Shown here: one piece after another, positions 38,456 through 48,882 of the stretch
Position numbering within the stretch: position 1 is the first letter of the stretch
Layout of the letters: every line of letters begins with the position of its first letter
NCBI GenBank assembly: GCA_965215335.1
Contig: CBDCDA010000002.1
Location: 448,001 to 512,000 of the forward strand
DNA: 64,000 nt
Direction of reading: 5' to 3'
Source: an uncultured Candidatus Entotheonella sp.
GTDB taxonomy: Bacteria > Tectomicrobia > Entotheonellia > Entotheonellales > Entotheonellaceae
Position numbers and translations under genes: made by a program
The notes under the pieces: model-generated
What the model saw: only the letters and a program-made list of their open reading frames with translations
Told to the model about the DNA's origin: nothing
The model's database searches: none

Positions 38456-38725
38456 ATGCCAAAGGCAGGGCTGGTTGGCGCCATTTTCGGCGCGGTCATT
38501 ATCGGAATGGTGCTATACCTGTCTCTCGGCTTCGACCAGGTCAGATGTGAAGTGTGCGTCGAATACAAAGGCCAGAGCGAATGCCGCACCGCCGCCGGGG
38601 CCGACACCGAAACCGCCTCGCGCACGGCGCGCGACAACGCCTGCGCCTTCCTGATCAGCAGCAAAACCGACGCCTTCCTGTGCGGGCAGGGAACACCGAA
38701 AAGCATCAGCTGCCAATCCCGGTAA
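38456..38725 (+). CDS. Small membrane-anchored protein with six cysteines
   Basis: N-terminal TM helix, then CEVC-x8-C...NAC...LC...SC; 89 aa; AGGGG RBS. Confidence 0.7.
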   Translation: MPKAGLVGAIFGAVIIGMVLYLSLGFDQVRCEVCVEYKGQSECRTAAGADTETASRTARDNACAFLISSKTDAFLCGQGTPKSISCQSR

Positions 38726-38757
38726 CCCCTCCAGACCTCACGCGGAACATGCAAGCC

Positions 38758-39336
38758 ATGACATCTCCGGAAGCACCACCCGGAAAATCCGGTTCCTGGA
38801 ACGTCACCCTGCTGTGGTTCGCGCCTTTCCTCGCTCTGGCGCTCATTCTGGCTTACGGCTGGTGGACCCGGCCGGCCCCTGAATCCGACCTCGGGCCGCG
38901 CGTCGGGCAGCCCCTGGCCGATTTCACCCTGCCGGACATGAACGGCGAGCCTGTGCGGCTCGCCACCTTGCAAGGCAAGGTCGTATTCATCAATGTCTGG
39001 ACCACTTGGTGCCCGCCCTGCATCGAGGAAATGCCGACCATCCAGCGTCTCTACGAGCAACTGCACCCGAAGGGTCTTGAAGTCCTGGCCATCAACATGG
39101 ACGCCCTCGGCAGGCAAACCGTCGAGCCATTCCTCGACAAGCGACGCCTCACCTTCCCGGTCCTGCTCGACCCCGAGAGCCGGACCGAGCGCCTGTACCG
39201 AACCGCCGGCGTGCCGGAGAGCTTCATTGTGGACAAGACGGGCCTGCTGGTCGAAAAAATCGTCGGCCCGCGAGACTGGGCTCACCCGGAGATCATCGCC
39301 CTGTTCAAGCGCCTGCTGGCGGCACCACACGGCTAG
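38758..39336 (+). CDS. TlpA/ResA-family thiol-disulfide oxidoreductase
   Basis: TM anchor, INVWTTWCPPCIEEMP, GVPESFIVD and GPRDW. Confidence 0.9.
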   Translation: MTSPEAPPGKSGSWNVTLLWFAPFLALALILAYGWWTRPAPESDLGPRVGQPLADFTLPDMNGEPVRLATLQGKVVFINVWTTWCPPCIEEMPTIQRLYEQLHPKGLEVLAINMDALGRQTVEPFLDKRRLTFPVLLDPESRTERLYRTAGVPESFIVDKTGLLVEKIVGPRDWAHPEIIALFKRLLAAPHG

Positions 39337-39353
39337 AAGCTCCGCCGGGTGAA

Positions 39354-39878
39354 TTATCGAGCCCGCACGTGATTGACAAGATGATGGTGGGAAAACATGA
39401 AGTCCTGGTGCCGCAACGGGGTATGGCACACGACACACTGCAGCTCGTTGGCTTTTGGCGTGCCATCGGGGTTGTAGAACGCGAATCCCCAATTGCCTAC
39501 CCGGTGCTCCACCGGGTAGGCGGCGTCCCAGTTATCCCGCCTCTGCATGACGGCAACCGCGGCGAGCTGATCAATGACGTAGATGCCGTCGTCACCCACC
39601 AGGGCCTTGCCATCGACGTCTTTCTTCGGCTTGTAGACCTCCATGACGAGAATCGAGCCCGAGGCCGCCTTCGGAGCTTCCTCGTAACTGGAAATGGCCA
39701 CGTCGTTGGCATACATCTTGGCCACGAGTTCACTGCCCACTCGATTCAGGGTCACATAGTTCGTGAAGGACGTGTCGTAACCCTCGGGGAAGGCGACGAA
39801 GTCGGGGTCTCCACCCGCATGAACGCATACGGCGGACAGGATACATACCAGGCTGACGACAGTCTTGGGGTACGTCAC
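39354..39878 (-). CDS. Cytochrome P460/c'-beta family protein
   Basis: GAGGAG RBS before GTG 39878, signal peptide, FPEGY, GSILVMEV, GNWGFAFY and C-terminal CVVCH...DFMFS. Confidence 0.82.
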   Translation of the reverse strand: MTYPKTVVSLVCILSAVCVHAGGDPDFVAFPEGYDTSFTNYVTLNRVGSELVAKMYANDVAISSYEEAPKAASGSILVMEVYKPKKDVDGKALVGDDGIYVIDQLAAVAVMQRRDNWDAAYPVEHRVGNWGFAFYNPDGTPKANELQCVVCHTPLRHQDFMFSHHHLVNHVRAR

Positions 39879-39954
39879 AAGGCTTTCTCCTCTGAGGTCG
39901 TGATGAGCAATGCGCACCGCCGGTTTCCCGGCCAAACAGGGGTGCTGGTCCTGA

Positions 39955-39977
39955 AACATGCAGAACACCTACCTGTT
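39955..39977. promoter_or_regulatory. NsrR/Rrf2-type 11-1-11 operator-like site
   Basis: AACATGCAGAA-C-ACCTACCTGTT imperfect inverted repeat between the cytochrome gene and the nsrR-like remnant. Confidence 0.6.
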
Positions 39978-40036
39978 AAAGGCGGGCTTGTCAACCGGAA
40001 GGTGGGTGTCGGAAGGTGAGCGAGAGAGGGCGAAAC

Positions 40037-40138
40037 ATGCAACTGACAAATCACACGGAATACGCGCTGCGCGTATTGATCTGCAGCGCCCTTCACGCGG
40101 AAGCCAGCCCTGACGCAATTGTTGGCCGCGCCGACTGA
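40037..40138 (+). pseudogene. nsrR: Truncated Rrf2-family regulator (NsrR-like N-terminus, 33 aa)
   Basis: GAGAGG RBS, then MQLTNHTEYALRVLICSALH, matching the NsrR/Rrf2 start (M.LT..TDYALR.L); stop after 33 codons, 15 nt from the phoU end. Confidence 0.7.
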
Positions 40139-40153
40139 CCTGCGAACCCCTCT

Positions 40154-40819
40154 TCAGGCGTAAGCTCGGGTGCGGTGCCGGACGATCTCGCCTTCCACCG
40201 TATAGATCACATCCTCAGCCACGTTGGTCGCCAAGTCGCCAATGCGCTCCAGATGCCGGGCCACTGACAGCGTGTGCACCAGACGCTCCACGTCGTCAGG
40301 ATTCGAGCGGATCTCCTCCTGGATCTCCCGGTGGATTTCGCGGTTGTAGCGGTCCACCGCCCGGTCGTCGGCGCACACCTGGCGGGCCATCGTGGTATCG
40401 TCCTGCACCAGGGCATCCAGGCTGTGTCGCACCATCAGTTCGACCTCGCGCGCCATGGCCGCCAGGCTCGAGGGCAGCGTCTGGCGGGGCTGCTGTGCCA
40501 GGTACTCGGCGCGCCGCGCAATGTTGACCGCCTTGTCCGCCATGCGCTCCAGGTCGTTGTTGATTTTCAGCACGGCGACGACAAACCGGAGGTCAACCGC
40601 CACCGGTTGATACAACGCCAGCAGCTTCAGGCAGTCCTCCTCCACCTCGACCTCCATCTGATCTATATCGTTGTCCCCTTCGACAACCTCGAGCGCCAGA
40701 ACCGCATCGTGCTTGACCACCGAATCGATGGCCTTGGCGATCCGCTCCTCCACCATGGCGCTCAACCCCAAGAGCTTTTGCTTGAGCGCTTCGATCTCAC
40801 GCAGGAAGTGCTGTGGCAT
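40154..40819 (-). CDS. phoU: Phosphate signalling protein PhoU
   Basis: QPVAVDLR, NDLERMAD and HLERIGDLATNVAE. Confidence 0.95.
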   Translation of the reverse strand: MPQHFLREIEALKQKLLGLSAMVEERIAKAIDSVVKHDAVLALEVVEGDNDIDQMEVEVEEDCLKLLALYQPVAVDLRFVVAVLKINNDLERMADKAVNIARRAEYLAQQPRQTLPSSLAAMAREVELMVRHSLDALVQDDTTMARQVCADDRAVDRYNREIHREIQEEIRSNPDDVERLVHTLSVARHLERIGDLATNVAEDVIYTVEGEIVRHRTRAYA

Positions 40820-40850
40820 GGGACCCTCCTTCTCCCTCTCCGGACGACGG

Positions 40851-41666
40851 CTACCCGAAACGGCCCGTAATGTAGTCCTGGGTCTGCTTCCTGACGGGCG
40901 ACCTGAAGATGTTGGCCGTCTCGCCGAACTCGACCAGATCCCCGAGGTACATGAAGGCCGTGTAATCCGACACCCGCGACGCCTGCTGCATGTTGTGCGT
41001 CACGATCAACACCGTGTAGCTCTGCGTCAATTCGTGGATCAGGTCCTCGACGCGCCCGGTGGCGATGGGGTCCAGCGCCGAACACGGCTCGTCCATGAGA
41101 ATGACGTCCGGATTCACCGCGATGGCGCGCGCGATGCACAACCGCTGCATCTGGCCGCCGGAAAGCTGCAGGGCCGATTCCCGCAGCCGGTCCTTCACCT
41201 CGTCCCACAACGCCGCGCCACGAAGACTGCGCTCGACCGTCTCGTCGAGCAGCGCCTTGTTGCTCACACCGGCAATGCGCAGGCCGTAGATAACGTTTTC
41301 GTAAATCGACTTGGGAAACGGATTGTACTTCTGGAACACCATGCCAACCCGCCGCCGCAGGTGGATGACGTCCACCGTCGGCACGTTGACGTTCTCGCCG
41401 TCCAGCTCGATGACACCCTCCACCCGTACGTTCTCTACCAGGTCATTCATGCGGTTGAAGCACCGTAGCAGCGTCGATTTGCCGCAGCCCGACGGCCCGA
41501 TGAACGCCGTTACCTGACGGCGTGGCACCAGCATGCTGACGTCCTGCAGCGCCATGACGCTGCCGTAGTAGAGATACAGGTTCTCCACCCTGATGATCGG
41601 ATCGAGGATCTTGACCTCCTCGACCATGTTGTCCGGTGCTTCCAGCGATTGATCCGGCAGTGCCAT
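40851..41666 (-). CDS. pstB: Phosphate ABC transporter ATPase
   Basis: [33 protein letters not shown] and YITGRFG. Confidence 0.97.
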   Translation of the reverse strand: MALPDQSLEAPDNMVEEVKILDPIIRVENLYLYYGSVMALQDVSMLVPRRQVTAFIGPSGCGKSTLLRCFNRMNDLVENVRVEGVIELDGENVNVPTVDVIHLRRRVGMVFQKYNPFPKSIYENVIYGLRIAGVSNKALLDETVERSLRGAALWDEVKDRLRESALQLSGGQMQRLCIARAIAVNPDVILMDEPCSALDPIATGRVEDLIHELTQSYTVLIVTHNMQQASRVSDYTAFMYLGDLVEFGETANIFRSPVRKQTQDYITGRFG

Positions 41667-41685
41667 ATGATGTCCTTAATCCTGA

Positions 41686-43353
41686 TTAAAATGCCCCGGT
41701 CGCATACTTGCGGCGCAGCCGGTCGCGAATCCAGATGGCCCCGACATTCAGCACCACGACGAGGGCGATCAGCAACAGGGTGGTGGCAAACACCATCGGC
41801 TTTGCCGCCTCGGAATCGGGGGACTGAAAGCCGAGATCGAAGATGTGGAACCCCAGGTGCATGAACTTGCGATCCAGGTGAACAAAGGGGAAAACGCCGT
41901 CGACCGGCAGCGTTGGCGCCAGCTTCACGACGCCCACGAGCATCAACGGCGCCACCTCGCCGGCGCCGCGCGCCATGGCCAGGATCAGCCCGGTGAGAAT
42001 GCCCGGTGCCGAGGCCGGCAGCACGATGCGCTGCATCGTCTGCCATTTCGAGGCGCCACAGGCCAGCGAACCCTCGCGCATGCCGCGCGGCACCGCGGTC
42101 AGGGCCTCCTCGGTCGCCACGATCACCACCGGCACGGTCATCAACGCCAGGGTCAGCGACGCCCAGATCATGCCGCCGGTGCCGAAGGTCGGAGTCGGTA
42201 GCGCGTTATGGAAGAATACTTCGTCGATGCCGCCGCCGACAAAATACACGAAGAACCCGAGCCCGAACACCCCGAAGACGATAGACGGAACACCGGCAAG
42301 GTTGTTCACCGCGATGCGCACGGTGCGCACGATGATGCCCTGCTTGGCGTATTCGCGCAGGTACATCGCCGCCAGCACGCCGAACGGCGTCACCGCCAGG
42401 CTCATCAGCACGGTCATCACGAAGGTGCCGAAGATGGCCGGAAAGACGCCGCCCTCGGTGTTCGCCTCGCGGGGTTCCTGGCTCAGAAAGGCCCAGGCGT
42501 TGTATGCGAACAGCCCAAGACGGCTCCAGAAACCGAGTTGATTGGGAAAGTAATACCCGACGACCTGTCCGAGCGGCAGGACGACCTCGTCGCCGGTCGG
42601 GATACGGTAGACCAGCTGGTTCTCGTTCTGCAGTCGCCGTAATGCCCGCGCCTCGCCGGCGAGATTCTCGTAGCGCGCCTGTAAAGGCGCCATGGCTTCC
42701 TCAAGCGCCGAGTAAGCGGCGTCGCCCGGCGGCGTGCCCTCGCGCTCCAGGATGCGTTTCTGCAGGTGCAGCCGCGTCATCCTCGCGTTAATGGCGCCGA
42801 TGGCGGTGTGCTCAAGATGCTTGATCTCGCGCCGCCGAGCCGCCACCTCGTCTACCAGGTCCTCCAGGCGACCGGCGAACTCGGGGCTGCCGGACGCCAG
42901 TGCCCCCTCGCCTCGAATCCGCAGCGCCACCGGCTGGCCAATGGCGTCGCCGTATTCCAGACGTTCAATGCTGATCACCTGCTCCGGGTAGCGTTGCGCC
43001 ACGATGTCGGCGGCATCGACGTAACGGAAGCTGAACCCGTAACGCTCCTTGTTGGCGACGAACAACTGCCATTCCGCCTGCGGACCCTGCGCGGCGGTGC
43101 GCGTCGTCTTGTATTGCCGCTTTACCACCTCGCCAGCCAGAACCGGCGCCTCGCCAAGACGCGCCGGGCTTTCGCCGGTCAATTCCAGGTATACGACGCG
43201 CTTGGGCCAGAACGCCGTGATGCCGTTGATCAGGATGAGCGCCAACAGCGACACCACCATGAGCAGGCCGACGGTCAGGCCCATCGCCGTGGCCCAGACC
43301 ATCGGCTCACCCAACTGAGCGCTTTGACGCCTGGAGGATCCCCGTGACCGCAT
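41686..43353 (-). CDS. pstA: Phosphate ABC transporter permease (long form)
   Basis: PREANTEGGVFPAIFGT, NNLAGVPSIVFG and ARGAGEVAPL. Confidence 0.95.
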   Translation of the reverse strand: MRSRGSSRRQSAQLGEPMVWATAMGLTVGLLMVVSLLALILINGITAFWPKRVVYLELTGESPARLGEAPVLAGEVVKRQYKTTRTAAQGPQAEWQLFVANKERYGFSFRYVDAADIVAQRYPEQVISIERLEYGDAIGQPVALRIRGEGALASGSPEFAGRLEDLVDEVAARRREIKHLEHTAIGAINARMTRLHLQKRILEREGTPPGDAAYSALEEAMAPLQARYENLAGEARALRRLQNENQLVYRIPTGDEVVLPLGQVVGYYFPNQLGFWSRLGLFAYNAWAFLSQEPREANTEGGVFPAIFGTFVMTVLMSLAVTPFGVLAAMYLREYAKQGIIVRTVRIAVNNLAGVPSIVFGVFGLGFFVYFVGGGIDEVFFHNALPTPTFGTGGMIWASLTLALMTVPVVIVATEEALTAVPRGMREGSLACGASKWQTMQRIVLPASAPGILTGLILAMARGAGEVAPLMLVGVVKLAPTLPVDGVFPFVHLDRKFMHLGFHIFDLGFQSPDSEAAKPMVFATTLLLIALVVVLNVGAIWIRDRLRRKYATGAF

Positions 43354-43371
43354 GACGCACGCCTTCCGTTG

Positions 43372-45684
43372 TCAGACCGTCTTGTATTTTTCGCGGAGGT
43401 GCTGCCGCAGCAACTCCGCCAAGGTGTTGATCAGGAACGTCATCAGGAAGAGCAGCATGGCCCCCAAGAAGAGGGTGCGGTACAGGGTGCCGAACTGCGG
43501 CGCTTCCGGTAGCTCCACGGCGATGTTGGCCGACAGCGTGCGCATGCCGGAAAAGATGTTCCAATCCACGATCGGCGTGTTGCCGGTGGCCATGAGCACG
43601 ATCATCGTCTCGCCCACGGCGCGCCCCAGGCCGATCATCATGGCCGAGAAAATACCCGCCGAAGCGGTCGGCAGCACGATGCGCATGGCCGTCTGCCAGC
43701 GGCTGGCACCCAGGGCCAGCGAGCCGGCCTTCAACTCGGGCGGCACGTTGGACAGCGCATCCTCGGCAATGGTGAAAATGATGGGAATGACCGCAAACCC
43801 CATGATGAAGCCAACCACCAGCGAGTTGCGCTGTTCGAAGCTCAGCCCCGTTGTCTGCACCCACCAGAGGCGAAAATCCGCGATCCGCTCACCCGTGGCG
43901 GCGTCGGTGACCACGAACAACAGGCGCTCGACAACCGGCCCCGACACCCAGGCAACGTAAGCGGCCAGGGCCAGGAACGGGAATACCGCCACAAACTCGT
44001 ACCCCGGCTTCACATGGCGGCTTGTCACGTTGCCGGGCATCGACGACCACGCGTGGCCCATCGCCAGCGCCACGGTCGGCACCAACAGCACGACCAGCAC
44101 GAACGACAGCACCTTGGTTTCCAGTATCGGCGCCAGCCACAAGGCGGCCAAAAAGCCCAGGATGACCGACGGCAGCGAGGCCATGATCTCCATCGTCGGC
44201 TTGACGATGGTGCGCAGATTGGGGTGGAGGAATTGCGACGTGTACATGGCGGCCAGCAGCGCCAGCGGCACGGCAAACACCATGGCGTAAAACGTGCCCT
44301 TCAGGGTGCCGAAAATCAGCGGCATCATCGACAGCTTGGGCTCGAAATCATCCGTAGCGCCGGTGGATTGCCACGTGTAGGCGGGTGCCTGTCCACCCTC
44401 GTACCACACCCTGCCGAACAGCGCCTTCACGCCCGCTTCCGGGTGTGGGTCACGCAACTGGTAGACATGCAGGTCACCGCCCGCGTCCAGCGTCAGAACG
44501 CGGTCGTATTTGCCGCTCAGCCGCGCCAGGCTCGCCTCGTAGGGCAGGTCCATCTGCACCCGCGTGCTGGCCGTGGTGCTGTAACGCAGGCCCAGCCAGG
44601 ACGGTGTGCCGGTCAGAAAGGCCTTGTTGCGCAGACTGGGAGCGTAGAACGTCGGCGCGCCGGGCAGCGGCGGCAGAGTCTTGGTCTGGCCGAAGAGACG
44701 GATGTTGCCGTCCGGCGGCACGAACAGGCTGAAGATGCGGCTTTCGCCCTCGGTATTGGTGAATACCACGGACACGCCACCAAAGACGAATTCCATGGAG
44801 GCGATGCCGGACTGCTCAAGGCCCTGGAAAGGCGTGAAGACTTGCCTGAGAACCACCTCCTCCACGTCTTCACCAGCCTCGAAGTAGAAATAAAAAACCT
44901 GGCCGGCAGTCGTCGCCACCACCACGCTGTTCGCCGTCTGCGGCGTCACGCCAATCATATGCGGGGTGCCCGACAGCAGCGGCGTCAGATCGTACGTCGC
45001 CTTGAGGACGGTCTCGCCGCTGCCCAACAGGGTTTGCTTCTGTTTCAGCAGCGCGACGTGAACCTGCGGGGCGCCCTCCACGTCCTGCAGCGCAGCGACG
45101 AGCTTCTGGGTCCCCGAATCCCCGTAGGCCACCTGGGTAATCGGCACGCCCGGCTGCCCCAGAGCCAAGTACTCCCCAGCCTCGGGATGGGTCACGATGG
45201 TGCGAGTGTCGCCGTCGTAAACCGGCTCGTAATGCACGTCCACAAGGACAAATTCCCCCCGCGTGGTGGCAAGCACGACACGTTGGGTCTGTTGATCATA
45301 GGCGTAAGCGGAAAACGTGCGCTCTTCCTGGAAGGCGGGATTGACCCGGAAGGTACCCCGCTCACCCTCAAGGTCGATGAAGGAAAGTACGCCGTCTTCG
45401 GTGACGAGCATGGGCAACGCCGTCCATTCGTCGACGCCCAGCAGCTTGGCGTTCGCCACACCGGTCGACACCGTGCGCAAGAACTGAATGCTGGCGCCCT
45501 GGAAAAGCGGCAGGATCTGGAACAGGATAAACACGAAAATGCCAAGAACGGCAATGATGACCCCTAAGCCTCCGATGGTGATGAACCACGTCATGCTGCG
45601 GTCGATCAACAGGGTCGATCTCGCTGTTCCGAACTGCCCTCCCGATCCCACCCGGGGTTCCATTGGCGCCACTGCCATTGGCAT
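43372..45684 (-). CDS. pstC: Phosphate ABC transporter permease (long form with large soluble domain)
   Basis: DDFEPKLS..PLIFGTLK, EIMASLPSV and GRAVGETMIV. Confidence 0.93.
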   Translation of the reverse strand: MPMAVAPMEPRVGSGGQFGTARSTLLIDRSMTWFITIGGLGVIIAVLGIFVFILFQILPLFQGASIQFLRTVSTGVANAKLLGVDEWTALPMLVTEDGVLSFIDLEGERGTFRVNPAFQEERTFSAYAYDQQTQRVVLATTRGEFVLVDVHYEPVYDGDTRTIVTHPEAGEYLALGQPGVPITQVAYGDSGTQKLVAALQDVEGAPQVHVALLKQKQTLLGSGETVLKATYDLTPLLSGTPHMIGVTPQTANSVVVATTAGQVFYFYFEAGEDVEEVVLRQVFTPFQGLEQSGIASMEFVFGGVSVVFTNTEGESRIFSLFVPPDGNIRLFGQTKTLPPLPGAPTFYAPSLRNKAFLTGTPSWLGLRYSTTASTRVQMDLPYEASLARLSGKYDRVLTLDAGGDLHVYQLRDPHPEAGVKALFGRVWYEGGQAPAYTWQSTGATDDFEPKLSMMPLIFGTLKGTFYAMVFAVPLALLAAMYTSQFLHPNLRTIVKPTMEIMASLPSVILGFLAALWLAPILETKVLSFVLVVLLVPTVALAMGHAWSSMPGNVTSRHVKPGYEFVAVFPFLALAAYVAWVSGPVVERLLFVVTDAATGERIADFRLWWVQTTGLSFEQRNSLVVGFIMGFAVIPIIFTIAEDALSNVPPELKAGSLALGASRWQTAMRIVLPTASAGIFSAMMIGLGRAVGETMIVLMATGNTPIVDWNIFSGMRTLSANIAVELPEAPQFGTLYRTLFLGAMLLFLMTFLINTLAELLRQHLREKYKTV

Positions 45685-45775
45685 GCACTCCTCGAGACAG
45701 AGAAAGGCAGGAAAAGAAAAATCTCCCCCTGCCTCCGTGCACAGTCCGATGATTGAACGCTCCGTCAGACGGGCA

Positions 45776-46759
45776 TTACCGGAGCGTCGTCATCGTATCC
45801 ACCGACACCACGGCCGGCAAAGGGAAATAACCGTCCTTCACGACGATTTCCTGGCCCGCCTTCGAGTTGATGAAATTCAGGAACTCGTAGGTCAGCCTGT
45901 CCAGCTCGGCGCCGGGCTTCTTGTTGACGTAAATATACAAGAAACGCGCTAGCGGGTAATCGCCACTCAGGCAGTTCTCGAGGGTCGGCTCGTACATGAG
46001 ACCCCGATCGGCCAACGGCAGCGCGCGCACGCTGGAGGTCTTGTAGCCGATACCCGAGTAGCCGATGCCGCCCAGGTCGCTGGCCACGCCCTGCACCACG
46101 GAGGACGAACCGGGCTGCTCTTTCACGGTGTCCTTGTAGTCGCCCTTCTCCAACACCACGCTCTTGAAAAAGCCGTAGGTGCCGGAGGCGCTGTTACGAC
46201 CATACAGGGAAACCGGCCGCGCCGCCCAGTCGGCGTCCAGCCCGGCGTCGCCCCAGACCGGGATGTCGGTGCCGCCGCGCTTGTAGGTGCTGGAGAAAAT
46301 GCTGTCGACCTGCTGCAGGGTCAGGCCTTCCACCGGGTTGTCCTTGTGCACGAACACCGCCAGAGCGTCGATGGCCACCTTCACCGGCGTCGGCTTGTAG
46401 CCGAATTCCCGCTCGAACCTGTCGAGCTCGGAAGACTTCATCGGGCGGCTCATGGGGCCCAGCTGCGCGGTGCCTTCGATCAGCGCCGGCGGAGCGGTGG
46501 AGGATCCCTTGCCCTCGATCTGGACGTTGACGTTCGGATAAATGGCCCGGAAGGACTCGGCCCACAGGGTCATCAGGTTGTTCAACGTATCGGAACCGAT
46601 GCTGTTGAGGTTGCCGGAAACGCCGCTGGTGCGTTCGTAACCGGGCAGCCCGGCGTCCACTTCCACCTGCGCCGAAGCCGTCATTGCCGCACCGAGCAGC
46701 AGCCCGCCGGCAAGCACGAGGGCGAAAAACCGTTTCGCAAGAATCGTCTTCATCATCAT
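45776..46759 (-). CDS. pstS: Phosphate-binding periplasmic protein
   Basis: Signal peptide, [20 protein letters not shown] and YPLARFL. The start could be any of three adjacent ATGs. Confidence 0.95.
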   Translation of the reverse strand: MMMKTILAKRFFALVLAGGLLLGAAMTASAQVEVDAGLPGYERTSGVSGNLNSIGSDTLNNLMTLWAESFRAIYPNVNVQIEGKGSSTAPPALIEGTAQLGPMSRPMKSSELDRFEREFGYKPTPVKVAIDALAVFVHKDNPVEGLTLQQVDSIFSSTYKRGGTDIPVWGDAGLDADWAARPVSLYGRNSASGTYGFFKSVVLEKGDYKDTVKEQPGSSSVVQGVASDLGGIGYSGIGYKTSSVRALPLADRGLMYEPTLENCLSGDYPLARFLYIYVNKKPGAELDRLTYEFLNFINSKAGQEIVVKDGYFPLPAVVSVDTMTTLR

Positions 46760-46836
46760 TCTCCTTGTGTGAGGGAGCTTCAATTGGCGCCCTGCCCGTA
46801 CAAGGGCGCCGTCTTCGTACAGCATGACCGCCCGCT

Positions 46837-46876
46837 GCAAAGATGCCGTCAGGACGGCGCGAGAATTACGTCAGGG
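46837..46876 (-). promoter_or_regulatory. Degenerate PHO-box-like array upstream of pstS
   Basis: Plus-strand units GCAAAG (46837), GTCAGG (46848), GCGAGA (46859) and GTCAGG (46870) at 11-bp spacing. Confidence 0.45.
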
Positions 46877-46892
46877 CCGATTGGCCGCCGGG

Positions 46893-47582
46893 CTAGAGCG
46901 CCTTGAAGCGATAACCGATACCACGTGTGGTCTCGATCATCTCGCGGAACCGCCCCAGCTTGCGGCGCAGGGCCGCGACGTGCACGTCCACCGCGCGTTC
47001 GGTGACGCTGATGTCCGTGCCGCGTGCCCAATCGACGATTTGGTAACGGGTGAAGACCCATCCCGGCCGCCGCGCCAGGAGTTGCAGAATACGGAATTCC
47101 GTCGGGGTGAGACGGATGGATTGGTTGTAGATACGCACCTCGTGCTCGCCCGGCGAGATGACCAGACCACCCCGAACGATCATGTCCGCGTCGGGAACGG
47201 CATCCGTCCGCCGACGCCGCAGGGCTGCCTTGATACGCGCCAGAAGCTCACGAGGGCTGAAGGGCTTGGTGAGGTAATCGTCCGCCCCCACCTCCAGGCC
47301 GGTCACGATGTCGGCCTCCTCACCTCGCGCTGTCAGCATGACGATAAGGATGTCGGACGTCCGCACGTCGCCTTTCAGCGCCTTGCAGACGTCGAGGCCG
47401 TCCATACCCGGCAACAACACGTCCAGAACGACCAGATCAGGCCGTGGCGAAGCCGCCGAAGCCAGCGCTTCCTCGCCCGAACCGACACAGGTGACGTCGT
47501 AGCCGGCTTGGGCGAGGTTGTACCGAACCAGATCCAGGAGATCGGGTTCGTCATCGACCACCAGAATACGAGCGCGGTTCAT
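46893..47582 (-). CDS. phoB: OmpR/PhoB-family response regulator
   Basis: LVVDDE, VLDVLLPG, GADDYLTKPF, winged-helix RAVDVHV..LRRKL and RGIGY; lies between the porin and pstS. Confidence 0.88.
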   Translation of the reverse strand: MNRARILVVDDEPDLLDLVRYNLAQAGYDVTCVGSGEEALASAASPRPDLVVLDVLLPGMDGLDVCKALKGDVRTSDILIVMLTARGEEADIVTGLEVGADDYLTKPFSPRELLARIKAALRRRRTDAVPDADMIVRGGLVISPGEHEVRIYNQSIRLTPTEFRILQLLARRPGWVFTRYQIVDWARGTDISVTERAVDVHVAALRRKLGRFREMIETTRGIGYRFKAL

Positions 47583-47589
47583 CTCGTGC

Positions 47590-48882
47590 CTAGAAGTCCA
47601 CCTGGAAGCGCATGGACAAGATGGAGGTGAGCTCGTTGTCGAAGTCGTATTTGGTGCCGTCCACGTAAGCCGCAACGTAATTGAAAGTCACGCGGGCGTT
47701 GTTGTGGGGATACCAGTTCAGGCCCAGCGTCACGTTGCGCTCTTCGCCGCCATCGTCTTCGGAGAGGTCGATCCACGACAGACGAGCCGCGATCTCGAAC
47801 GCGCCCATGGTGCCCTTCTTGAGGTCGAACTTGCGTTTCGGCTTCGGGCGGCCAAAGGCGCCACCGCTGTAGGGCCGCGACTCACCGGTCAGGAAATAGC
47901 TGCCCATGACGTAGTACGCCGTAAACGTGGGGTCATCGCCCCCGTTCACGAGGTCGGGTGTGGCGCTCATGTATTCCGCCTGCAGCGCAACCGGCCCGAG
48001 GACCACGGCGCCTTCCAGTCCGTACTGGTTGACGTTTTTTACATCCATTTTGGACGTGCTGACCAGGCGCACGCTCTCGGTGCGTCCTTCAGGGCGCGAC
48101 CGAATCCGCCAGCCGCTCTGCTCTCGAAGCATGGCGTAGGCGAAACCCACGTGCACCAACCGGGTCTTGCTGGCTTGGAAAGGTGTGGCAGCCAGCCGGA
48201 AGGTGAAGTTTTGATCCTCCCCCTCTGCCGTGCCATTATCGTCGGGACGCGTGAGGGAAAGTGCCCAATGGAAGCGTTTCTCCATAACGCCATTTTTGAA
48301 CAGGATGCCGACTTCGCGGCCAGGTACGAAGCCATCGGTGAGGGAGCGCTCCTGGAAGGTAATGAAGCGGCTGCTGGTCAGTTCTTCAAGACCGAAGGGC
48401 GCTTTGAATTTGCCGAGATAGATGTTGCCAATGGCCGGCAGCTTGACGAATCGCAGGTACACATCCGTCCAACTTGCTTCACCACCAGCAAAATCATATT
48501 CAGCCTTGAAACGGATGTACCTGTGCAGGGTGCCGCGGATGTAAATGCGGCTGCGGCGGAAGAAGACGCGATCCTTCGGTTCGGACAGATTTCCTTCGTC
48601 GTCCAAAAAGAAAGCATCTTCGATTTCATCGCTTGGCCGGATGAAGTTCCAGTCGTTCTGGATACGACCGCCGATACGGATCTCGACGTTCTCGTCCAGC
48701 GTGCGGATGCGCAGTCCGTTACGCCACAGCGCCTCCATGTTCTTCGACTCGTCCATCTTGGCGGACTCTTCCAGGCGCTGGACCCGCTCCTCGAGGCTCA
48801 TCTGGGCCTGAACTATCGTGCCCGCGCTCAGAATGACCACCAGACCTGACACCAACATGCCTGCTCGCAATCGGCGCTTCAC
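47590..48882 (-). CDS. Phosphate-selective porin OprO/OprP family
   Basis: Signal peptide, GGRIQND, RRSRIY, FGLEELTSS...FQERS, LTGESRPY, GLNWY and terminal FQVDF. Confidence 0.9.
   Translation of the reverse strand: MKRRLRAGMLVSGLVVILSAGTIVQAQMSLEERVQRLEESAKMDESKNMEALWRNGLRIRTLDENVEIRIGGRIQNDWNFIRPSDEIEDAFFLDDEGNLSEPKDRVFFRRSRIYIRGTLHRYIRFKAEYDFAGGEASWTDVYLRFVKLPAIGNIYLGKFKAPFGLEELTSSRFITFQERSLTDGFVPGREVGILFKNGVMEKRFHWALSLTRPDDNGTAEGEDQNFTFRLAATPFQASKTRLVHVGFAYAMLREQSGWRIRSRPEGRTESVRLVSTSKMDVKNVNQYGLEGAVVLGPVALQAEYMSATPDLVNGGDDPTFTAYYVMGSYFLTGESRPYSGGAFGRPKPKRKFDLKKGTMGAFEIAARLSWIDLSEDDGGEERNVTLGLNWYPHNNARVTFNYVAAYVDGTKYDFDNELTSILSMRFQVDF

Noticed and set aside
39354..39878. True hydroxylamine-oxidising cytochrome P460
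   Set aside because: The cross-linking Lys position is Met.
46786..46810. Hairpin ggcgccct/agggcgcc in the pstS leader as a riboswitch or terminator
   Set aside because: It is an 8-bp GC stem with no U-tract or aptamer features, which is common by chance in GC-rich DNA.
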